In this document: piece after piece, positions 57,961 to 64,000 of the stretch
Numbering within the stretch: the first letter of the stretch is position 1
Layout of the letters: each line of letters starts with the position of its first letter
Assembly (NCBI GenBank): GCA_944319925.1
Contig: CALUFQ010000009.1
Coordinates: forward strand, 1,540-65,539
Reading direction: 5' to 3'
DNA from: an uncultured Paraprevotella sp.
GTDB taxonomy: Bacteria; Bacteroidota; Bacteroidia; Bacteroidales; Bacteroidaceae
Length of the DNA stretch: 64,000 nucleotides
Translations under genes and position numbers: made by a program
Notes under the pieces: model-generated
Told to the model about the DNA's origin: nothing
The model's input: only the letters and a program-made list of their open reading frames with translations
Databases searched by the model: none

Positions 57961-58503
57961 TCAAAATTCAAGTGTGCCGGCCTTGTCCTGTTTGTAATAG
58001 TCGGACAGCATGCCGAGCAGTTTAGCGATGTCGGTCGCGGCGCGCGCCGTTTCCTCGCCTACGGGTTTCTTTTGCAGCCGCAGCATCATGACCCCGTAGA
58101 GGATGTCGAGGCAGTTCTCTATTTCCGACACGTCCTGGCGGTCGCCCTTGTGGCGTATTTCCACGATGTAGGGCAACGCCTTGTAATAGGCTGCCGAATA
58201 GAAGGGGAACTTGTCGGAATGCAGCAGCCTGGTGTGCAGTTCTGTAAGCCACGCCACGGTGTTTTTGTTGATTTGCAGGTGGCCTTTCTCCTGCATCCCT
58301 TCCTCGCGCATCATCCGTATGAGTCCGCCGTACCACTCTTCCAACTCTTTTTGGGTCTTTCCTTCGGCTTTGAATGCCGCGAGATAGTTTTTCCGGAGCT
58401 CATCCAAGTCCAGGTGGTTGGCCCTGAGCAGGTCTTCCACCTGCCACATGTAGAGCACGTATTCGGCAATGTTTTCTTCTTTAAGTTGTTTGGCGATGTA
58501 CAT
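57961..58503 (-). CDS. DUF4924 family protein
   Basis: Starts MYIAKQLKEENIAEYVLYMWQVEDLLRA. Start trimmed from 58533. Confidence 0.6.
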   Translation of the reverse strand: MYIAKQLKEENIAEYVLYMWQVEDLLRANHLDLDELRKNYLAAFKAEGKTQKELEEWYGGLIRMMREEGMQEKGHLQINKNTVAWLTELHTRLLHSDKFPFYSAAYYKALPYIVEIRHKGDRQDVSEIENCLDILYGVMMLRLQKKPVGEETARAATDIAKLLGMLSDYYKQDKAGTLEF

Positions 58504-58513
58504 GTTGTTTCGT

Positions 58514-59170
58514 TTATAGGGACAATCCGGCAAGCGTCACCACGAATCCCACGATGCCGGCGATGATGACCACCGAACCGACAAGCCGGTTGATGATCAG
58601 CAGCCCTTTTTCGTTGAAGCGGGTGCGCACCTTGTCAATGGCGGCCGTGAGCGCGAACCACCACGCTAAAGCTCCCACAAAAATGGACAAGTAGCCCAAT
58701 GACTGTGGAATGACATGTTCGGGCACGACGAAGGCGAAACGGGCGTAGAGGGCCACGAAGAGGAAGATGATGAGGGGGTTGGAGAACGTGACCAGGAAAC
58801 CCGTCACCATGTTGTGCGCCAAAGTCCCTTTGCGGGGCGATGTGGGGCGGATAGACCGCGCCGGGTCGCAGCGGAACATGTACAATCCGAAAACCAGCAA
58901 CATCACGCTGCCGCCCATCTGCACGTAGAAGAGCGTGTCTTTGTTTTGGATGAAATCCACCACGAAACTCATGCCGAAGCCTGTGACCAAGGCATAGATG
59001 ATATCGCTGAAGGCGGCTCCGATGCCGGTGACAAAGCCATACCAGCGCCCTTTGTTCAACGTGCGCTGGATGCAGAGGACACCCACGGGCCCCATCGGTG
59101 CGGATGCGACTACGCCAATGAGCAATCCTTTGATGATTAAATCTAATGCATTAACCGGTTCAAACCACAT
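58514..59170 (-). CDS. LysE family translocator (amino-acid exporter)
   Basis: 218 aa, 6 TM, containing GLLIGVVASAPMGPVGVLCIQRTL. Confidence 0.85.
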   Translation of the reverse strand: MWFEPVNALDLIIKGLLIGVVASAPMGPVGVLCIQRTLNKGRWYGFVTGIGAAFSDIIYALVTGFGMSFVVDFIQNKDTLFYVQMGGSVMLLVFGLYMFRCDPARSIRPTSPRKGTLAHNMVTGFLVTFSNPLIIFLFVALYARFAFVVPEHVIPQSLGYLSIFVGALAWWFALTAAIDKVRTRFNEKGLLIINRLVGSVVIIAGIVGFVVTLAGLSL

Positions 59171-59279
59171 AATAGCCGCAAAGTTGGCATTTTTTTGTGA
59201 GATGAGGAAGAAAACGCGTCTCTTTTTTAATTTTTCGTGAAAAAGCCCTCTTTTCTTTTCCTGTTCCGGCGATTTTTCC

Positions 59280-59287
59280 TAATTTTG
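59280..59287 (+). promoter_or_regulatory. Putative -7 box (TAATTTTG) for the ROK kinase gene
   Basis: TAnnTTTG 42 nt upstream of the ATG. Confidence 0.45.
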
Positions 59288-59329
59288 TGAAATACGTATC
59301 AAAAATATTTTTTATCGTTTTCTACTATT

Positions 59330-60292
59330 ATGGACAACAAACCTTATGTGATTGGCCTTGACTTGGGCGGGACCAACTCCGTATTCGGCATCGTGGATGC
59401 TGACGCCCACGTGATTGCTTCCACTTCGATCCGGACTGCCGGGCAGAACGACATCAGCGTTTACATGGATAATTGTTGCAAGGCTTTGGCACCTTTGATT
59501 GAGAAGGTGGGAGGAATCAACAATATCAAAGGCATGGGCATCGGGGCTCCCAACGGGAATTACTATACGGGGAACATCGAACTGGCGCCCAACCTTCCGT
59601 GGAAGGGGATTGTGCCTTTTGCCAAACTGTTTCACGAGCGGCTGGGAATTCCCGTGGTGCTGACCAACGACGCCAATGCGGCGGCTATTGGCGAGATGAC
59701 GTTCGGGGTGGCCAAAGGCATGAAGAACTTCATCATGCTCACGTTGGGCACGGGGGTTGGCAGCGGTGTCGTGGTCAATGGCGAACTGGTTTATGGATGC
59801 GACGGCTTTGCGGGCGAACTGGGGCACGTGATCGTGGACCGCAGTGCGGATGCGCGGTTGTGCGGCTGTGGCCGGAAAGGTTGCCTGGAAACCTATTGTT
59901 CGGCCACAGGCGTGGCGAGGACAGCGCGTGAATTTTTGATGAAGCGCACGGAGAGCAGCGAGTTGCGCAATATCCCGTTGGAAGAAATCACTTCCAAGGA
60001 CGTGTCTATCGCGGCGGAGCACGGCGACCAGATTGCAAAAGACATCTATAAGTTCACGGGTGAGTTGCTGGGACGTTCGTGTGCCGATTTCACGACTTTC
60101 TGCAGCCCGGAGGCATACGTGTTCTTCGGCGGGCTGACAAAGGCGGGGAATTTAATCATGGACCCCATTAAGGAAGCATACGATGCCAACGTGCTGAATG
60201 TATTCAAGGGGAAGGCCAAGTTCTTGGTTTCGCAGCTGGACGATGCCCAGGCGGCCATATTGGGGGCAGCCGCGTTGGCATGGAAAATTTGA
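59330..60292 (+). CDS. ROK family sugar kinase (glucokinase-like)
   Basis: Contains IGLDLGGTNS...GTGVGSGVV...GHV...CGCGRKGCLETYCS zinc motif. Confidence 0.88.
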   Translation: MDNKPYVIGLDLGGTNSVFGIVDADAHVIASTSIRTAGQNDISVYMDNCCKALAPLIEKVGGINNIKGMGIGAPNGNYYTGNIELAPNLPWKGIVPFAKLFHERLGIPVVLTNDANAAAIGEMTFGVAKGMKNFIMLTLGTGVGSGVVVNGELVYGCDGFAGELGHVIVDRSADARLCGCGRKGCLETYCSATGVARTAREFLMKRTESSELRNIPLEEITSKDVSIAAEHGDQIAKDIYKFTGELLGRSCADFTTFCSPEAYVFFGGLTKAGNLIMDPIKEAYDANVLNVFKGKAKFLVSQLDDAQAAILGAAALAWKI

Positions 60293-60302
60293 AAAGTTTT
60301 TT

Positions 60303-60338
60303 GGCTGATTGGTCTTGTTGGCTCGAGACCAATCAGCT
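60303..60338 (+). terminator. Stem-loop after the ROK kinase gene
   Basis: GCTGATTGGTCT-(10 nt)-AGACCAATCAGC, a 12-bp perfect stem with no clear T-tract. Confidence 0.45.
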
Positions 60339-60425
60339 TGACAAGTGACAGCCATGAAGTTTTTTTCGGGTAAAAACGCTTTTCTCCGGGAGCTTTTCCC
60401 CGAGGCGGCGAAAATTCCTGTTTTT

Positions 60426-60442
60426 ATCTTTAGGCTAAAGAT
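60426..60442. promoter_or_regulatory. Perfect palindrome ATCTTTAG-G-CTAAAGAT upstream of the C10 peptidase gene
   Basis: 8-1-8 perfect inverted repeat. A third CTAAAGAT half-site at 60456-60463 overlaps the predicted ATG. Confidence 0.35.
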
Positions 60443-60461
60443 ATGTATCTGCAACCTAAAG

Positions 60462-62447
60462 ATGCAGAATCTTCCGGGATGCGCCCGGTTTTGGGGGCGC
60501 GTCCTCGGAATTTTTCCCTCATGTGAGCGTTTGTGTTGGCCAGTGTTGGTTTTATGGCTTTTGGCTGTGTCGGCCTGGGGCGGGCAAGATGAGGCTTTCC
60601 GGGCGGCTTTGGATTTTTGGCAGTCGAAGGCCGGAGGGATGAAGCGGGGCGTTACGCCGTTACGTTTGTGGATGGTGTCATCGGACGCGTATGTCTTTGT
60701 GCCGGAGGAAGGGCACGGTTTCGTGTGGGTCGGCGAAACGGGCGGGCGATGTGCGGTCTTGGGGTATAGTTTGACGGCTGATGTCGGCCAAGGCGGAGTT
60801 CCGGAATGCCTGGCGGGATTGATGAAGAATAATGTGGCAGGCCAGGGCGGCAGGCACCGCACAGTCCCCGTGGCACCACTTTTGTCTTCCGTGTGGAACC
60901 AGCATGCGCCGTTCAACGGCTTGTGTCCTTATTACCGTTACGACGATGGCACGTGGAGCACGTCGCGTTGCGTGGTGGGCTGCGTGGCCACGGCGACTTC
61001 CGAGGTGATGCGTTACCATGCATGGCCGGAAGCCTTGCTCGACACGTTGCACGGCTGGCGCACGGCGCATTATGAGCTGGCCGACGTGTTGCCCGGCACC
61101 CGGTTGGACTGGGCACATATATTGGACAGTTACGAGGCGGGCTACACGGATGAGGAAGCCCGTGCGGTGCAGGAACTGGCCCTTTATTGTGGCATGGCTT
61201 GCCGGATGAACTATGGATTGGACGCTTCGGGCAGCAATTCATATAAGCTGATGGAGCCGCTCAGGAAAGTCTTTGGTTATGGCTACGTGCGGCTTTACGA
61301 CCGTTCCCGCTATTCTCCTTCTTCATGGCGGGCCATGTTGGAATATGAACTGCGGCGCGGTGTCCCTTTGGTCTATGTCGGTTACAATGTGTCGTTCACG
61401 GGGCATGCTTTCGTGTTGGACGGGCTGGATGGCGACGGTTATTTCCACATCCGTTGGGGGGAGGGAGGCGTTTTTGACGGCTATTTCGATGTGGACGTGC
61501 TGAACCCCTATGAACCTAACGACAGGCCGACGGAAACGGGGCGTGAGCAGGGCTTGTTTTGCAACCAGTCCGTGCTGGCTTTCCATCCGGAGAAGCTGGA
61601 GGCGTTTCCGGGCGACACGCTGGATTATGTGGCCGAGGACATTACAGTGGAGCGGGTGGATTTCCGCCGCGCGCCGGATACGAACGGGTGGGTGACGGCC
61701 GACGTGTCCTTGGTTAATCATTCGGCCGACACGATTTCTTACACGTTGCTGGCTTTCACGGCTTCCAGGCCGGATTCGATAGATTGGGCAGACGTGACGG
61801 ACGTGGGTATCACGGCGGCTACGCTCTCTCCGGGCACGGCAACTATCGTGCCGGTGCGCTGCCGATTCAGCCAAGCCGGCGATTGCTATTTCGGGATTAC
61901 GGGAGACATGGCGTATGCGCCCTATTACGAGCCTATAACCGTTTCGGACGGGGGAGGTTATGACTTGCAGGTCGGCACGGTGGCGGTGGTCGGGCTTGAT
62001 GCCGGGCGGGCCGTTTTCGAGATTCCCGTGACCAACGTCGCGTTTTCGGGGCGGGCGGAAGAATATTTCACTTACCATTTGGTGCCAGAGGGCGAAAAAC
62101 ACTATGTGGCGGCTTGGAGCCTGTTGGACGTGTCGGCCGGCGAGACGGTCTGCGACACGGTGGCTTTTTCCGGCCTGCATCCCAACACGGCATACACTTT
62201 GCTGGTGCGCTATCCGTGGAGCGTGGTCGCTTCATGCGACATCCGGACTCCGGGCGGGACGGGCATGGCTTCGGCAGGAAAGTCTGATGCGGGTGTTGAG
62301 GATTTTGCGCTCTACACCTTGCAGGGCGTGGCGTTGGGGGAAGTGTCCGGGTCCGAGTTGCAGGCGGCGTTGAAATCTCTTCCGAGGGGTGTTTATGTGG
62401 CCGTGGGGCGGCGGACAGGAACGGTCAAAAAGCTTTCCAATTATTAA
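60462..62447 (+). CDS. Peptidase C10 (streptopain/PrtT-like cysteine protease) with probable T9SS C-terminal domain
   Basis: Contains NQHAPFNGLCPYY...CVVGCVATATSEVMRYH (catalytic Cys context) and GHAFVLDG...HIRWGEGG. C-terminus YTLQGVALG...LPRGVYVAVG. Start trimmed from 60345 to the Met preceding the signal peptide. Confidence 0.75.
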   Translation: MQNLPGCARFWGRVLGIFPSCERLCWPVLVLWLLAVSAWGGQDEAFRAALDFWQSKAGGMKRGVTPLRLWMVSSDAYVFVPEEGHGFVWVGETGGRCAVLGYSLTADVGQGGVPECLAGLMKNNVAGQGGRHRTVPVAPLLSSVWNQHAPFNGLCPYYRYDDGTWSTSRCVVGCVATATSEVMRYHAWPEALLDTLHGWRTAHYELADVLPGTRLDWAHILDSYEAGYTDEEARAVQELALYCGMACRMNYGLDASGSNSYKLMEPLRKVFGYGYVRLYDRSRYSPSSWRAMLEYELRRGVPLVYVGYNVSFTGHAFVLDGLDGDGYFHIRWGEGGVFDGYFDVDVLNPYEPNDRPTETGREQGLFCNQSVLAFHPEKLEAFPGDTLDYVAEDITVERVDFRRAPDTNGWVTADVSLVNHSADTISYTLLAFTASRPDSIDWADVTDVGITAATLSPGTATIVPVRCRFSQAGDCYFGITGDMAYAPYYEPITVSDGGGYDLQVGTVAVVGLDAGRAVFEIPVTNVAFSGRAEEYFTYHLVPEGEKHYVAAWSLLDVSAGETVCDTVAFSGLHPNTAYTLLVRYPWSVVASCDIRTPGGTGMASAGKSDAGVEDFALYTLQGVALGEVSGSELQAALKSLPRGVYVAVGRRTGTVKKLSNY

Positions 62448-62486
62448 AAAAACGCCGCGAGGGGCGGTTATATAGGTTTTTTATCG

Positions 62487-62494
62487 TATTTTTG
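62487..62494 (+). promoter_or_regulatory. Putative -7 box (TATTTTTG) for the HD-LptD pair
   Basis: TAnnTTTG 30 nt upstream of ATG 62525. This supports the trimmed start. Confidence 0.45.
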
Positions 62495-62524
62495 TGCCGA
62501 CAAATTCCAGCAGGAACGAAAAAG

Positions 62525-63082
62525 ATGGATGCAATATCCTTGATTGATAAATATTACGCAGACACGCCCCGCTTGCGTGAAATCTTATGGAAGCATAGCC
62601 GCCAGGTGGCCGACCGCTGCCTGAAGATAGCTGCCTTGCATCCGGAATTGGATTTGGACATTGCTTTTCTGGAAGAAGCGGCTTTGCTGCACGATATCGG
62701 CATTATCCGCACGGATGCCCCGGATATCCTTTGTTTCGGGGACGCGCCCTATATATGTCATGGCCATATCGGTGCGGAAATGTTGCGGGAAGAAGGCTAT
62801 CCGCGCCATGCCCGTGTGTGCGAACGCCATACCGGCGCGGGAATTTCCCGTGCGCAGGTCGTGGCGCAGCATTTGCCGATACCGGCGCAGGATTTCTTGC
62901 CTGAAACGTTGGAGGAACAGCTCGTGTGCTACGCGGACAAATTTTATTCCAAATCGCATCTTGACCGGGAAAAAACCGTGGAAAAGGCTCTTAAAAGCGT
63001 AAGCAAATACGGGGAGGAAGGGGCTTGCCGTTTCCGCCGGTGGATGGTGGTTTTTAATGAAGATAAGCCGGAACGCAGTTGA
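62525..63082 (+). CDS. HD domain phosphohydrolase
   Basis: Contains H...LHDIGI...HxxxG motifs. Start trimmed to MDAISLIDKYY. Confidence 0.8.
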   Translation: MDAISLIDKYYADTPRLREILWKHSRQVADRCLKIAALHPELDLDIAFLEEAALLHDIGIIRTDAPDILCFGDAPYICHGHIGAEMLREEGYPRHARVCERHTGAGISRAQVVAQHLPIPAQDFLPETLEEQLVCYADKFYSKSHLDREKTVEKALKSVSKYGEEGACRFRRWMVVFNEDKPERS

Positions 63083-64000
63083 AGACGAAGATAGCGATAT
63101 TCTTGTTGGTTGGCAGTTCTTTTTGCGTACTTGCCCAAAACGGACGGGAAGCGGGGCTTTCCTTCCAAGGTGTGTCGCCTGTGTCTCGGGACGATGCGGA
63201 CACTACAGAAAAAACGTTGCCTGCGGACACTTTGGCCGTGATTGCGGAGGGTGTGGACGGCGTGGCCGCGGGAGGAACACAGGAAACGGACAGCGTGGAG
63301 TGGGCTTCTGACAGCTTGTCCGTTTTGGCTGATAGCTTGGAAAGGGGAGGCCTTCAGATGGCCGACAGCTTGATGACGGATTCCGTGGCGGAGGATACGG
63401 CGGAAACCAGCAAGTCCATGCTCGACCAGCCCGTAGAGTACACGGCCTCGGACTCCGTGACCTTCGAGGCGGGGCTTGGAAATGCCAATTTGTACGGGAA
63501 CAGCAAGGTGAATTACACCAATCTGGAGCTGCAGGCCGATTTGATTACGATGAACCTGGACAGCAGCATCGTGCATGCCGTGGGGCGTCCAGATTCCACC
63601 GGAAAGGTGCAGAACCAGCCTGTGTTCAAGCAGGGGAGCGACCAGTACGAGCCAGACAAGATCAGCTATAATTTCAAGACGAAGAAAGCTTTCATCGACA
63701 ATGTTTACACGCAGCAGGGCGACGGATTCCTGATTAGCGAGGAGTCCAAGCGCGATGCGGAAGGCGTGATGTACGTGCGGCACGGGAAATACACGACCTG
63801 CAACGCCAAGCACCCGCATTTTTATTTGGCCTTGACCCGTGCCAAGGTGCGCCCGGGGCAGGACGTGGTGTTCGGGCCTGCCTATCTCGTGGTCGAGGAC
63901 GTGCCTTTGCCTTTAGCCATTCCCTACGGTTTTTTCCCGTTCAGCAAGAAATATTCGTCGGGTTTCATCATGCCGACGCTGGGTGATGAGAGCATCCGCG
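63079..64000 (+). CDS. LptD-like LPS-assembly outer-membrane protein, partial (continues beyond window)
   Basis: Not in the ORF track: it has a TTG start and no stop in the window. Hand translation gives (M)KTKIAIFLLVGSSFCVLAQ...YTASDSVTFE...ELQADLITMN...GKYTTCNAKHPHFYLALTRAKV...VPLPLAIPYGFFPF. The TTG overlaps the HD gene stop (TTGA). Confidence 0.7.
   Translation, partial: MKTKIAIFLLVGSSFCVLAQNGREAGLSFQGVSPVSRDDADTTEKTLPADTLAVIAEGVDGVAAGGTQETDSVEWASDSLSVLADSLERGGLQMADSLMTDSVAEDTAETSKSMLDQPVEYTASDSVTFEAGLGNANLYGNSKVNYTNLELQADLITMNLDSSIVHAVGRPDSTGKVQNQPVFKQGSDQYEPDKISYNFKTKKAFIDNVYTQQGDGFLISEESKRDAEGVMYVRHGKYTTCNAKHPHFYLALTRAKVRPGQDVVFGPAYLVVEDVPLPLAIPYGFFPFSKKYSSGFIMPTLGDESIR

Noticed and set aside
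53911-58566. Long plus-strand ORFs (53911-55071, 55102-55899, 55921-57093, 57142-58566) lie antisense to ClC, tsaC, prfC, rfbD and DUF4924.
   Set aside because: They are shadow ORFs opposite strongly conserved minus-strand genes. They cross gene boundaries of the real genes and have no recognisable motifs.

Overview
This is a chromosomal segment from a visibly GC-rich member of the Bacteroidales. Supporting evidence includes TAnnTTTG-type -7 promoter boxes, T9SS C-terminal sorting domains, Mfa-like fimbrillin lipoproteins and several Bacteroidetes-specific DUF families. No species is claimed.

Most of the window is densely packed housekeeping DNA:
- thrS-infC-rpmI-rplT, guaA, gap, miaA, panCD, proS, and fmt-ClC-tsaC-prfC-rfbD.
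- A glycogen cluster: debranching enzyme, GT4, GH57, and a short GT5 synthase with DUF4270.
- A TetR-TolC-HlyD-ABC-ABC2-ABC2 efflux operon.
- A tightly coupled envelope-glycosylation operon: DUF368, ArnT-like GT39, GtrA and GT2.

I recognised no rRNA, tRNA, CRISPR array, integrase or transposase.

The unusual material lies outside the conserved genes:
1. A modular family of hairpin-rich intergenic repeats, here called modules A-D, recurs at about 30.4-31.5, 34.8-35.0, 39.6-39.7, 44.9 and 51.8-52.1 kb. It includes a roughly 1.2-kb ORF-free tract between two convergent terminators, and a MITE-like element whose terminal sequence also appears, inverted, on the far side of the efflux operon.
2. 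A small accessory islet at 9.7-12.8 kb holds an AAA-ATPase/PD-(D/E)XK fusion gene, an RND-pump remnant and a toxin-antitoxin pair whose toxin is frameshifted.
3. A 52-codon ORF absent from the ORF track is co-oriented with a 933-aa T9SS cargo protein of unknown function, and both are closed off by one terminator.
4. crcB is truncated.

The many long ORFs antisense to conserved genes are treated as shadow ORFs. All family assignments come from motif recognition by eye, with no database search.
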